A stretch of DNA of 64,000 nucleotides from Candidatus Thorarchaeota archaeon SMTZ1-45 (GCA_001563335.1 LRSL01000013.1:39583-103582), one strand, 5' to 3'; counted from the first letter of the stretch, positions 20,429 through 30,959 are shown. The notes: a model not told the origin generated them from the sequence alone. Made by a program: numbers and translations.

Positions 20429-20848
20429 TTACTCGCCAATGAGAACAACTTCAAGTCGTCTGCTTCTTGGTTTATTATCAAAGTCAATGAATGTTATTTG
20501 TTGCCATGAGCCTAGTGTTAGACTTCTGTTTACAAAAGGTACAGTGAGACTAGGTCCAAGAATAGATGCTCTGATATGAGAATGTCCATTACCATCCCGC
20601 CATCTTAGATGATGCTGATATACTGCTTCTTTTGGTGCAATCCTCTCCATAGCGACGGGAAAATCCTGCAAGAGCCCATCTTCGTATTCGATTGTTGTTA
20701 CCGAACCTGTTGAGCCAGTACAGAATAATGTACAAATTCCTGTCTTTATTCCGCTCTTGGCTACGGTATTTTCAACAGCGTGTGTGATGTCAATCATATC
20801 ACAATTTCCCCTTGTTTCAAACGTGATTTTATCATGAAATGTACTCAA
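20429..20848 (-). CDS. YjbQ/UPF0047 family protein
   Basis: DGNGHSHIRASILG..LGSWQQI..DFD..RSR. Confidence 0.92.
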   Translation of the reverse strand: MSTFHDKITFETRGNCDMIDITHAVENTVAKSGIKTGICTLFCTGSTGSVTTIEYEDGLLQDFPVAMERIAPKEAVYQHHLRWRDGNGHSHIRASILGPSLTVPFVNRSLTLGSWQQITFIDFDNKPRSRRLEVVLIGE

Positions 20849-20914
20849 CTTGCTTCACCAGTCAATATAATACTCATTGAGAGTGGAGATGACACTTTTA
20901 TCTTCCGTAAACTT

Positions 20915-22720
20915 CTACTTAACAGCTCGTTCAATCTTCGACTTTTCAATCAGAGTTCGAATTCTCATTTCCTTATCCAGCAAGGCTTCTTCGTTCTCTT
21001 GAAGTATAAGCAGTGCTCCAATGTGATTACCTGCATTAAGAGCACGAACTAAAGACATTATGGCAAGCATCACCTCATCTTGAGTTGATACAGCAATCTC
21101 ATCCATTTGCTTTATGGCCGCATTAATAGGACCTAGTTTCTGTGGATAGTGGATGAAGCGTGTTTCAAAAACGGTGAAGAAATCCTCAAACGCCTCTTTG
21201 AGTTCATTCGCCTCCTTGAACCCTTCTCCAGATTTTTCAAGCAGGTCAATAGCTTTCTCAATCATCTCAGGTGAGTTAGTCAAGAGCGCTTCCATACCTG
21301 CTGTACGTACCCAAATCGTTGCTAATTCAGGGACACCAAGTTCTTGATAATACTCTGCTGCGTTCTCAGCCTTTTCACTTGCCAACCAATGGAATGACTC
21401 ATACCGTTCTTTGTCTCCGAGCTTCATAGCACATTCTGCAGCTTTGCTGTACAGTTTTGATCCTCCTTCATGGTCTCCGGAGGTGGATGATTCATCAGCA
21501 AGTTCCACATAGAGTTCTAATGCCTGCTCTAGATACCCCCGAGCCTCTGTTTCATTTCCAGACTCATCTAGAACTTCAGCGGCTTCTTCGAGAGATACAG
21601 CTTGTAATTCCTTATTACCACCCTCCTTCTCCTCTACAGCCTGCTGAAGATAATGATTGATGACCTCTTTGTATAGATTGTCTGCATCTTCTGTTTGTCC
21701 CCACTTTTGTAGACACATAGCTTGGAATCGAAGGTATTTCTTTTCGGACTCCACATCATGTTGACTCTTGGCTTTCTCTGCAAGTTCTCCAAAAAGCTCG
21801 TTCGCACGTTTGAAAGCCCATTTAGCTTTCATTGGTCGACCGATCTCAATGAACATATTTCCCCCCTTTACTAGAAGTGGAGCCACAGATTCAGCTGTAC
21901 CTTGCATTTTCAGGTAAGCTTCCGCAGCCTTTGAGATAGCCTGATTCCGAGCAGATGTTAATCTCTGCAGTTTATATGCCTCTTGAGCTGCATCATAGAT
22001 ATTACCCGCCTTCTCATACAACTCAGCTGCTTCGTAGAGTTCTCCTGCGTCCATCATAATTCGCGTTGCTTCGGGAGAATCGCCCTTTGTTTCCATAATC
22101 TGTGCTGCTTCAGCCATTGCATTCCCTGCAGAAAGGTAATCGCCAGAGCCTTTCGCAATCTCAGCCCAACGTTTTGCAAGTCTGGCTGCTCGATCGTTGA
22201 TTCGTTCGCCCAGCTCATCATCTCCTGCAGTATAATAGAGTCTACTGACTTTTCTAAGGAGACTAACTGCTTCATCAAAATTCTCCTCAACTTCTCGCGC
22301 ATCCGCAAGGTTTTCGAGTGCATCTGCCGCTTTGATGTTAAGCTCGTTCTTTTTCTCGTCTGTTTCTACAAAATCCTGAGCTCTAAAGTAGAAATCAGCT
22401 GCTTTCTTGTATTCTGTTGCATCTTCTGCAACCTTTGCAGCACTCATGTTAAGTCTTACAATTTCTTGATAGACCTCTGGTCCTTGAGGTAATCGGATGA
22501 GCATTAGAGTGGCATTGTCGAACGCTTTGAAAGCATCCTCTGCTCTATAGATGTCTTGATATACTAGAGCGCCTTCTTCATAGATTTTTGCTGCTTTTTC
22601 ATAGTCCATTTTTGTAGCGAAACGGCTTGCTGCAGCAATAAGCAACTTTGCTCCTTGCTCTTTGTTGCCATCTTTCAGTGCATTTCTCGCTTCTTTCAGG
22701 ATCTCTTCATCAGTAGTCAA
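20915..22720 (-). CDS. Long alpha-SNAP/TPR-like helical repeat protein
   Basis: Repeated A/E/K-rich helices (YEKAAKIYEEGA, YKKAADFYFRA, YEKAGNIYDAA). Confidence 0.75.
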   Translation of the reverse strand: MTTDEEILKEARNALKDGNKEQGAKLLIAAASRFATKMDYEKAAKIYEEGALVYQDIYRAEDAFKAFDNATLMLIRLPQGPEVYQEIVRLNMSAAKVAEDATEYKKAADFYFRAQDFVETDEKKNELNIKAADALENLADAREVEENFDEAVSLLRKVSRLYYTAGDDELGERINDRAARLAKRWAEIAKGSGDYLSAGNAMAEAAQIMETKGDSPEATRIMMDAGELYEAAELYEKAGNIYDAAQEAYKLQRLTSARNQAISKAAEAYLKMQGTAESVAPLLVKGGNMFIEIGRPMKAKWAFKRANELFGELAEKAKSQHDVESEKKYLRFQAMCLQKWGQTEDADNLYKEVINHYLQQAVEEKEGGNKELQAVSLEEAAEVLDESGNETEARGYLEQALELYVELADESSTSGDHEGGSKLYSKAAECAMKLGDKERYESFHWLASEKAENAAEYYQELGVPELATIWVRTAGMEALLTNSPEMIEKAIDLLEKSGEGFKEANELKEAFEDFFTVFETRFIHYPQKLGPINAAIKQMDEIAVSTQDEVMLAIMSLVRALNAGNHIGALLILQENEEALLDKEMRIRTLIEKSKIERAVK

Positions 22721-22879
22721 AGTGGAATCTCCTTGGTTCTACCTAGATTGCGATGTTAACTACAGGTTCTTGAATTCATGTACCTCATAACAGTTGTCGT
22801 TATGATTCAATAACCCTCATGTTATTCTCAGAACACTCAAATATCAAAGTTCCACATAGAAAATGGTAGTTGAAACCCA

Positions 22880-23986
22880 TTGAGCGGTGATGCAGAACTA
22901 CGGCTTGGAATCATCGGGATAGGGAAAGTTGGACTGACTCATCTTGCCGCTTTAAAATCTTTGAAAGACACAGGTCTTCTGAACATCGAAATTAATGCAG
23001 TGAGTGACAGTGATATAGGAAAATCGAAAGAAGCTGCAAAGGAATTCAATGTTCCCTCCGTCTATGATGATCATATTGATTTAATCAATGATGCGAATGT
23101 CGATATTGTCTATATCTGTACTCCTACTAGCAAGCACACAGACATGGTGAAAGAAGCAGCTCGAGCAAACAAGGCTATCTTTTGTGTGAAACCGATTGCC
23201 CATAGTTGCCCACAGGTTCGAGATTTGAATGCGGTTGCTCTGGCTTCCTCTGTTCCAACAAGTGCAGGATTGGTGTTAAGATATGATCCATTCCTGTTAT
23301 ATGCCAAACGCCTTATTGAGAAGAACGATTTTGGAAAACCTTTGCTAGCGAACATTCGTGATGACCAGCATTTTCCCCTAGAACAAGAGGAATATTCACA
23401 GTGGAGAAGTGATACTTCTGTTCCTGGTGGTGGAATACTCCTCCATCAGGGCATTCAAGATATTGATGTATTAAGCTGGTTCTTTGGTGATATTGTAAAC
23501 GTCTACGCGCAAGTAGGTTTCTATAGCGAAAGTGGCGTTGAAGACCAAGCTTCCTTAATTATGCGCCATGAAGATGGAACAACAAGTACAATTAATTTAG
23601 TTTGGCATTGGCTAGAGCGTCCTAATGAAAGAAAAATCGAGTTCTTCTTTGAGAAAGGACTCATAGAAATAATCCTAGAATCTGGGAGCACTCATCTAGA
23701 CTATCATATTCGGGGAGAAGAACCAGTTCGTATAAACTCTGAAAATACTGAGCAGGTGCTCCTTGAACATCTAGATTTATCATCGGATAATCTTGCATTA
23801 GATATTCACGAGACTCTATCTAATGCTGGAATTAACAAACAGTTAGCGTTAAACTACTCCTTCTTGAAAGCTATACAATCTGGCGAAACCCCTTATCCAA
23901 GCTTCCAGGAGGCTGTTCTAGCACATAAGATTGTAGATGCAGCATACGAATCCTCGAATAAGCAGACTCCAATTGATATACTCTAG
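22880..23986 (+). CDS. Gfo/Idh/MocA family oxidoreductase
   Basis: GIIGIGKVG, ICTPTSKH and GGGIL motifs. Confidence 0.85.
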   Translation: MSGDAELRLGIIGIGKVGLTHLAALKSLKDTGLLNIEINAVSDSDIGKSKEAAKEFNVPSVYDDHIDLINDANVDIVYICTPTSKHTDMVKEAARANKAIFCVKPIAHSCPQVRDLNAVALASSVPTSAGLVLRYDPFLLYAKRLIEKNDFGKPLLANIRDDQHFPLEQEEYSQWRSDTSVPGGGILLHQGIQDIDVLSWFFGDIVNVYAQVGFYSESGVEDQASLIMRHEDGTTSTINLVWHWLERPNERKIEFFFEKGLIEIILESGSTHLDYHIRGEEPVRINSENTEQVLLEHLDLSSDNLALDIHETLSNAGINKQLALNYSFLKAIQSGETPYPSFQEAVLAHKIVDAAYESSNKQTPIDIL

Positions 23987-24042
23987 AATCCAATTGGACA
24001 TCCTTAAGTAGTCCCAAACAACCCACAAAGGCGAGCTCAGTA

Positions 24043-25413
24043 ATGCAAGAAATCACCCTAGACCAAGTAGACCTCTCTAAATATGATGTCATCATTGCAG
24101 GCGGAGGTGCTGGAGGTCTTCTAACCGCATTAGCATTGACTGCTGAGGGAAAATGTGTTCTTGTTCTTGAAAAAGCTGAACGTCTGGGTGGAGTTTGGAA
24201 TAGTTATTGGGTAGATGGATACCGTGTGGATCAAGGACTGCATGTAATCACACGAGTTACAAGAGGTGCATTTACCAAATTCCTAAGAACATACTTGTCC
24301 CCACCACCAAAGTTTGTTCTACATGAGGGATGGCATTTCCGCGTCTATGATAAAGTTGGTACAATCCCATCAAGCGTTGGAGAAACACTCCGTTGGCCAC
24401 TTACTGGCTGGAGAGGTCGTTTGGGTTTACTCCGTATCGGTGCAAAAATCAAAACGATGAGACTTGAAGAGATGAAAAAGTACAAAGACATCTCATTTCT
24501 AGAGTTCATGCAGTCGAAAGGTGCCACTAACCAAGTCATGTTAGACGTAATGCAGAGTGCAATATACCTGGCTGCAGGGGTACCAATTTCTGAGGCTTCT
24601 GCCTATGAAGCTCTTAGAACCTTGAAAGACACGGATAGAGAGTCATCCAAATTGAATTCTGCCAAGAGATTACTCCTGGGTTCAAGAGAGTATGATGAGG
24701 GCTATGTAATTGGTGGCATGGAGGAACTCATCCGAAGGACAATTGAAACCATCAATGGTGATTATGTACTCAACGCTTCTGTGAATCAGATTCATGAGCA
24801 AAATGGTAGTGTCACAGGATGCACTGTTTCAGGAACGACATTATCACACAAGTGTATTGTGAGCAACATCCCCCTCTGGGCTATGCCTGACATAGTTAAA
24901 TCAGAGAACGCGGAAATTGTTGAGTTCTTCAATCTATGGAGTAATATGAAACCAACTCATGGTATAACACTTTGGCTAGGTCTCAACAAGGTGGTGATTG
25001 GTGATAGGAAAAACAGAGTGCTTGTTCATCCCACACCTAACCGATGGATTGTATCCATTTCGAGCTTTGATCCAAGTTGTGCTCCTATGGGCAAAGAGCT
25101 AGTTGCCATTGCTATGATGAAAATCCATGGAAAAAACAAGAATGAAATGGTTGAGATCATGAAGGGAAATGGTCTAGAAAAGTATCATCCTGGAATTCTT
25201 GACAATGTTGAGATGGAGCACGTTCAAATGTCATATGCGACTCGTGCTGCCCTCATTCCTGGTCAAACTGATCTTGACCGACCAGGACCACGGACTCCGA
25301 TTAAAGGTCTATATATTGTAGGCACAGACACTGCAGGTTCAGGTGTTGGTCTGCAACAGGCTGCCCAGTCAGCTGCTTTCAGAGATAACATAATTGGCAT
25401 CATGTCCGGGTAG
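24043..25413 (+). CDS. FAD-dependent oxidoreductase, phytoene dehydrogenase-like
   Basis: GGGAGGL..EK..LGG..DQGLH and RTPIKGLYIVGTD. Confidence 0.85.
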   Translation: MQEITLDQVDLSKYDVIIAGGGAGGLLTALALTAEGKCVLVLEKAERLGGVWNSYWVDGYRVDQGLHVITRVTRGAFTKFLRTYLSPPPKFVLHEGWHFRVYDKVGTIPSSVGETLRWPLTGWRGRLGLLRIGAKIKTMRLEEMKKYKDISFLEFMQSKGATNQVMLDVMQSAIYLAAGVPISEASAYEALRTLKDTDRESSKLNSAKRLLLGSREYDEGYVIGGMEELIRRTIETINGDYVLNASVNQIHEQNGSVTGCTVSGTTLSHKCIVSNIPLWAMPDIVKSENAEIVEFFNLWSNMKPTHGITLWLGLNKVVIGDRKNRVLVHPTPNRWIVSISSFDPSCAPMGKELVAIAMMKIHGKNKNEMVEIMKGNGLEKYHPGILDNVEMEHVQMSYATRAALIPGQTDLDRPGPRTPIKGLYIVGTDTAGSGVGLQQAAQSAAFRDNIIGIMSG

Positions 25414-25532
25414 GACTCATCTTCCAGTTTCATCATCTGGTCTTATCATGCATTTCAATCATAAAGTGGGAACGTAAAGGTTATGTTTGACTGTTGCCCC
25501 GCAAGGCTTGGCAACATCAGGAGTCATTCCCA

Positions 25533-26090
25533 ATGAAGATGATTGAAATACGTTGGCATGGCCGAGGTGGACAAGGTGGTGTCACCTCTGCAGAACTGCT
25601 TGCAAAGGCTGCATACATTGATGGCTACAAGGGTGTCCAAGCATTCCCATACTTCGGTGCTGAACGTCGAGGTGCCCCAGTTAAAGCATTCACTCGGATT
25701 GCAGATGAAGAGATAAATGTCAGAAGTCAGATTTATACTCCTGATATTGTGGCTGTCCTTGATTCCTCGATTCTTGATTTGATAGATGTCACTGAAGGTC
25801 TCGTAGATGATGGTAAAGTCATCATTAACACCCCCAAGGCACCTAAAGAGATTGAGCTACCCAAAGGACACATCTACACATATGATGGAACTGGTATTGC
25901 CTTGAAGAACGGATTACTTGTTGGAGGATTACCAGTCATTAATACCACAATGCTAGGTGCATTTGCCAAGGCTACAGGACTAGTTAAACTTGAAACAGTC
26001 CAGAAAGTAATTTGTGAGAAGTGGTCCGGAAAGGTGGGAGAACGTAACGCTCATGGTGCGAAGGAAGCATATGATGCCTGCACAGACTGA
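25533..26090 (+). CDS. porC: 2-oxoacid:ferredoxin oxidoreductase gamma subunit
   Basis: EIRWHGRGGQG, FGAERRGAPV and NTTMLGA motifs. Confidence 0.93.
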   Translation: MKMIEIRWHGRGGQGGVTSAELLAKAAYIDGYKGVQAFPYFGAERRGAPVKAFTRIADEEINVRSQIYTPDIVAVLDSSILDLIDVTEGLVDDGKVIINTPKAPKEIELPKGHIYTYDGTGIALKNGLLVGGLPVINTTMLGAFAKATGLVKLETVQKVICEKWSGKVGERNAHGAKEAYDACTD

Positions 26091-26093
26091 ATA

Positions 26094-26873
26094 TCATGCG
26101 TACATTCTTTCATAACCAGGTCGACCAGCACTTGGTTGTTGTCTTCTAAGTCCATCAACCTGCTGCGCCATGTCTTCCATTTTCTTTCGTATCTCTGATG
26201 CACTCTCTTTTAGATCGGAAACATCAACATCTACACCGTAGAGTCTGTTAAGAGCCTCAAGAAGCTGAACTGCTCCTTCTGGATCTGGGACCATTGCAAT
26301 GGCTGGAGTAAGAAGTGCAAATCCAACCATGTCTCTACACAAGGTTTCGGAAAGAATTGAACCTGCAATTCCAGTAATGATTCCCTTTGTGAGTATCTCC
26401 ATTGTTTTGTCTTCTTTCAATTCACTAACTTTCTCTTCTTCTGCTGCAAATAACACCTTTCGATCTGAAGGTAAGCCTTGAACTGGAATTCCATCAAGAA
26501 TGACAGTTTCTTTGACCCCCACTGTTGCTCCCCAATCCAGAAGAGCAGAACTTACAGCGTACAGTCCATCATCTGCAACTGGCAATTCTGCGGTCACAAC
26601 AAGCAAGTTCTTCTGTTTGTGTCCATAGATTCTAAATGGATGACGTAATCGTCCATCCAAAAACACCGCTGCTGAAGGCATAAATCTTGATCTAACATGT
26701 GCAACTTCTTCCATCTCAAACTTTTCAATCAGAGTGTTTGCAGCTATCGTTCCAACAACCCCTGCTGAGGGAAAGCAACAAACGAGAAGAGGCTGATCCA
26801 TCTCAATCTCCTTCGTTTGTACTACTTGTGCCTCTGGAGCTCCTAGTATTTTCACTGCACAATCTTTTTCCAT
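26094..26873 (-). CDS. PAC2-family proteasome assembly chaperone with C-terminal HbYX motif
   Basis: FPSAGVVGTIAA, GIITGIAG and PDPEGA motifs; ends in RMYA. Confidence 0.9.
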   Translation of the reverse strand: MEKDCAVKILGAPEAQVVQTKEIEMDQPLLVCCFPSAGVVGTIAANTLIEKFEMEEVAHVRSRFMPSAAVFLDGRLRHPFRIYGHKQKNLLVVTAELPVADDGLYAVSSALLDWGATVGVKETVILDGIPVQGLPSDRKVLFAAEEEKVSELKEDKTMEILTKGIITGIAGSILSETLCRDMVGFALLTPAIAMVPDPEGAVQLLEALNRLYGVDVDVSDLKESASEIRKKMEDMAQQVDGLRRQQPSAGRPGYERMYA

Positions 26874-26924
26874 CTTTCCAGCACCTCTGCATTTCTTCAA
26901 TCGTGGCCGAATATTAAGCTTGGG

Positions 26925-28367
26925 TCAGACCGGGTCAAAGTGAACATAGACCGTTTTGACAATCTGGAGATTTTCTATTATCTTCTTCTTAATCATTTCA
27001 GCAATCTCATGGCTCTGCGTCAATAAGATTTCACCAGGGATTGTGCAATCTAACAAGACCGCGACTCCAGAACTTTCCCTCTTTATTGTTGATTCTTTGT
27101 AAAAGATTGGTGGAGAGAATTCTGATACGATTTTCTTAACAGATTCGATAATCTCTGATGATTCAGATGTGATGTCGATGCTTTCATCTTTTGTAAGAGT
27201 TGTTTCCAAGTGAAGTGTTATTGAATTGATATTACTAACTAATGCTCTAAGTTCTTCTTCAAATCGCTCAGAAACTGTGTGAGCTTCTTCTAACGTCAAG
27301 TCTGAAAGCATCTCTAGATCAGCTGCTATGTCTAAATCATTGGATATCTCGAAAACCCGTATATTGTGGACACTTTGCACTTCAGGCAGTCTTCTAGCGA
27401 CTACCTGCATCTGGTCGTATATATTCATCTCAGAGTATTGTTCCATGTTCACTTCAGCAGGTTCTATGTGGACAATAACGTCGGCTCTTGGAGCCAAATC
27501 TTCAAGCTTCTTTTCAATAGTTTCCGCAATATTATGAGCTTCGCTTGTTGCTACATTTTCATCAACCTTCACTACAATGTCTGCAAACAACTCGGGACCA
27601 GAGTGACGAACACGAACACGTGTGCAATCAATAACTCCCTTCACTTCTGATACTAAGCCTACAATCTCATCTTGTATTCCCTCAGGAGCTTTATCTGTTA
27701 AGGCATCAAAAGTTCTTCTACCGAGCCTATATGAAATTACGAAAATGATGATTGCAACACCAATAGCTGCGATCGGATCTGCGATTGGAAAGTCTATTTG
27801 GACAAATCCTAATCCTAATAGGACAACCGCTGAACTAATCATATCTGTTCGAAAATGTAGAGCATCTGCCTCCAAAGCTTGACTTCCATGTTTATTTGCT
27901 GCATCGTATAGTACTCTGCTCTGCAAGTATGTCACAACGACACCAATTACCATGACCAAGATTCCCCATTCTGAGGCTTCTGGCCACTCTTGAAGATCTA
28001 TTCGCCTCAGGGCTTCATATATTATCCATATTGAAGTTACCCACAGAATTATTGTTTCCGCAAGGGCCGCGAAATTCTCAATTTTCCCATGACCAAATTG
28101 GTGTTCCGAGTCCGGAGCTTTTGAAGCTCTCCTAACTGCTAATAGAGTAATACCTGCAGCCAATAGATCTAATCCACTATGGAGCGCTTCAGAGATTACT
28201 CCGAGAGAATTTGTCACTATTCCCGTGACTAGTTTGATGATTGTGAGGAACATGGCAGACAGTACTGACCAAGCTGCAGCTCGCTGTACTTCTTTTCTGC
28301 CTAAAGTGATTGGGTCCATACTAGTCACATCGAAGTGCCTAACAAACTCAGATATAATGCTTGTCAA
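26925..28367 (-). CDS. Cation diffusion facilitator with three cytoplasmic dimerisation domains
   Basis: HSGLD, HQFGHGK and ADALHFRTD motifs, then three EAH/QSH..H(I/L/F)(E/D) repeats. Confidence 0.9.
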   Translation of the reverse strand: MTSIISEFVRHFDVTSMDPITLGRKEVQRAAAWSVLSAMFLTIIKLVTGIVTNSLGVISEALHSGLDLLAAGITLLAVRRASKAPDSEHQFGHGKIENFAALAETIILWVTSIWIIYEALRRIDLQEWPEASEWGILVMVIGVVVTYLQSRVLYDAANKHGSQALEADALHFRTDMISSAVVLLGLGFVQIDFPIADPIAAIGVAIIIFVISYRLGRRTFDALTDKAPEGIQDEIVGLVSEVKGVIDCTRVRVRHSGPELFADIVVKVDENVATSEAHNIAETIEKKLEDLAPRADVIVHIEPAEVNMEQYSEMNIYDQMQVVARRLPEVQSVHNIRVFEISNDLDIAADLEMLSDLTLEEAHTVSERFEEELRALVSNINSITLHLETTLTKDESIDITSESSEIIESVKKIVSEFSPPIFYKESTIKRESSGVAVLLDCTIPGEILLTQSHEIAEMIKKKIIENLQIVKTVYVHFDPV

Positions 28368-28497
28368 TTGAAACCGACTTTTGGGTATAGTTATATCGTG
28401 CAGAACGCACTTTGTAACTAGGGACGCTATTTACACATTTTCAGAAGACAATTCGTTTCTGATAAACCCTAGATAGTATATGTAAATGGTGCAATGA

Positions 28498-29655
28498 ATG
28501 AAGTATCGCACTAATGGTATCATCCCACCTCCTATTGTCAAATTAGCTGAGGCTGCAAAACGTTTTAGCTCATCTCCAAGATTCTTGAACCTGGGTCAAG
28601 GATTGCCCGGTCATATACCTCCGGAAGATGCACTTAGTTCACTAAAGGAACGAATCTCCCATCCTACTACACATGTATACACCCCTGATGAAGGACTTCT
28701 TGAGTTACGTGAAGAAATTGCACTTTACGTTCGCCAGAAATTTGACATCGATTCTGATCCTCATAATGAGATCGTTATTACTGCAGGTGCAAATAATGCA
28801 TTTGCTGGTGTCATCCTTACTCTTGTGGAACCAAATCAAAATGTGATCATGCCCTCCCCATATTACTTCAACTCAGTAATGGCTGTAAATCTTGCCAGTG
28901 CTGAGATAAAAGCGGTTTCAGTTGACTCAAATTTTCAACCTAATGTTAATGATATTGAAACTGCTATAGATGAAAAAACATGTGCGATATTCTTAATCTC
29001 TCCAAATAACCCGACTGGAGCAGTTTATGATAGAAACAAAATTGATGCAATTGTCGATCTGTGCTTGCAGCATGATATAATGCTAATATCTGATGAAACA
29101 TACTCTAGCATGGTTTTCGAAGGAGCTGAACACTATAGTCCTCGAGTTCGTCGAGAAGCTGAACACAACGTTATCACTATTGGGAGCTTCTCAAAGGACT
29201 TCGGGATGAGTGGATGGCGTGTTGGATATGTTATTGGTTCTCAAGAGTTCACCAAGGAGTTTCTTAAGGTGCAAGATACAATGACCATTTGTGCCCCCAC
29301 AGCTGGTCAAATACTTGCTTTGGAAGTGCTGAAAAAGGGACTAGACACAGTTGAACTTGAGCTACAAAGGTTGAGTCATCTTCGTAATCTGGCATATCTT
29401 CGCGTACGTGAAATCGATGCGCTTGATGTTGTTCATACAAAAGGCACATTCTATCTTTTCCCAAGAGTGAAAGACTGCCAAGACTCACGAAAGCTAGTAA
29501 TGGATATCCTTCAATCCACTGGAACACTTATTCTTCCAGGCGCAATATTCGGAGAAGATGGTGAGGGTCATGTACGTATTTCAATTGGACCATTGACTCC
29601 TGAGGCAGTTGATGAAGCCTTTGATCGACTCTCGGATTTCTTCAAGAAGAACTAG
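28498..29655 (+). CDS. PLP-dependent aminotransferase class I/II
   Basis: SPNNPTG, DETY and SFSKDFGMSGWRVG motifs. Confidence 0.93.
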   Translation: MKYRTNGIIPPPIVKLAEAAKRFSSSPRFLNLGQGLPGHIPPEDALSSLKERISHPTTHVYTPDEGLLELREEIALYVRQKFDIDSDPHNEIVITAGANNAFAGVILTLVEPNQNVIMPSPYYFNSVMAVNLASAEIKAVSVDSNFQPNVNDIETAIDEKTCAIFLISPNNPTGAVYDRNKIDAIVDLCLQHDIMLISDETYSSMVFEGAEHYSPRVRREAEHNVITIGSFSKDFGMSGWRVGYVIGSQEFTKEFLKVQDTMTICAPTAGQILALEVLKKGLDTVELELQRLSHLRNLAYLRVREIDALDVVHTKGTFYLFPRVKDCQDSRKLVMDILQSTGTLILPGAIFGEDGEGHVRISIGPLTPEAVDEAFDRLSDFFKKN

Positions 29656-30959
29656 CTATCCTCATACATGTCCCATTCCCAATCAGTCACAATGCTGCTT
29701 GTGTATTCTCGCCATTCCTTTCGTTTAATTCTTACAAATGACTTCACAATATCATGACCTATTGCATCACAAATAACACTATCCACTTCTAGGCTATCAA
29801 GTGCATCCTCCAGCGTGGTTGGGAGCATTCTAATTCCTAGCTTCTCTCTCTCTTCATCACTCATTTGGAAAATATCTTCACTTCTTGGGTCTGGTGGTGA
29901 GAGTTCTCGATTGACACCATCCATTCCCGCTGCGATAATTGCAGTGAAAAGCAAATAGGGATTTGTTAACGGGTCTGCAGAACGTAACTCTATTGCAGCT
30001 TTCTCTCCAGATCCAAACATTGGAACTCTGATTAGGACAGTTCTATTTTTGAACCCCCATGTAATGTATACTGGAGCCTCATGATGTGGCACTAGTCTTT
30101 TGTATGAGTTGATAGTGGGATTAGCTATGGCGGTAATAGCTGGCGAATGCTCCAAGAGTCCTGCAATAAACATTTTCGCTGTTTCCGATAGCTCAGATGC
30201 ACCATCAACACCGAACAGATTCTTATCACCCTCCCATAGCTGCAGATGGCAATGAAGACCATTTCCAGCTGCCCCTTCAAAGGGTTTTGGCATAAAGGTT
30301 ACATCAATCCCCTGATTTTGAGCTATTGACCTAGCTAAGTTTTTGAACAACAATATATTATCCGCCATTCTTGTTGCATCGTCAAAATCTAATTCTATCT
30401 CCTGCTGTGATTCACCAACCTCATGATGAATCACTCTGGTTTTTATTCCCAGAGCTCTCAGAGATGATGCCAAGTCGAGAAGTGTATCCATACCTGGACT
30501 ATTAGGAAAAGTATCCGCATAACCTGCTTCATCAAAAGGTTCTCCATCTGGCGTAATGAAATGGAACTCTGGCTCAACTTTGACCTTCAGCTGAATATTT
30601 CCATGAAATAACTCATTGCTTACAGTATTCAAGCGTCCCCTACTATCAAGCGAGAAATATTCCGCAGACTTGCCTTCTGCAACTCTCTCTCTAATGTAAC
30701 ACATTGCAGCTGCAGTTCTTCTTGCTACAAAGGGTAACTCAATCAAAGATGTTGGATCTGGCTCTAGGTTGAGATCTGATGACTCCACTTTTGCTAGACC
30801 AGTCACTGAGCTTCCATCACAACTTGTTCCACGTTTTAAAGCTGGGTCCTTTGCAACTTCCTCGATAGTTCCTGCTGGATTGCATGGTACAATCATAGCT
30901 TTCAATCTACCAAGTAAGTCCGGGAATCTCAACTCAATGAACTCTATCTTCTCAGACAT
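29652..30959 (-). CDS. glnA: Glutamine synthetase type I family
   Basis: DGSS, HHEV, FMPKPF, GNGLHCH, NSYKRLVP..EAP and NRTVLIR motifs. Confidence 0.9.
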   Translation of the reverse strand: MSEKIEFIELRFPDLLGRLKAMIVPCNPAGTIEEVAKDPALKRGTSCDGSSVTGLAKVESSDLNLEPDPTSLIELPFVARRTAAAMCYIRERVAEGKSAEYFSLDSRGRLNTVSNELFHGNIQLKVKVEPEFHFITPDGEPFDEAGYADTFPNSPGMDTLLDLASSLRALGIKTRVIHHEVGESQQEIELDFDDATRMADNILLFKNLARSIAQNQGIDVTFMPKPFEGAAGNGLHCHLQLWEGDKNLFGVDGASELSETAKMFIAGLLEHSPAITAIANPTINSYKRLVPHHEAPVYITWGFKNRTVLIRVPMFGSGEKAAIELRSADPLTNPYLLFTAIIAAGMDGVNRELSPPDPRSEDIFQMSDEEREKLGIRMLPTTLEDALDSLEVDSVICDAIGHDIVKSFVRIKRKEWREYTSSIVTDWEWDMYEDS

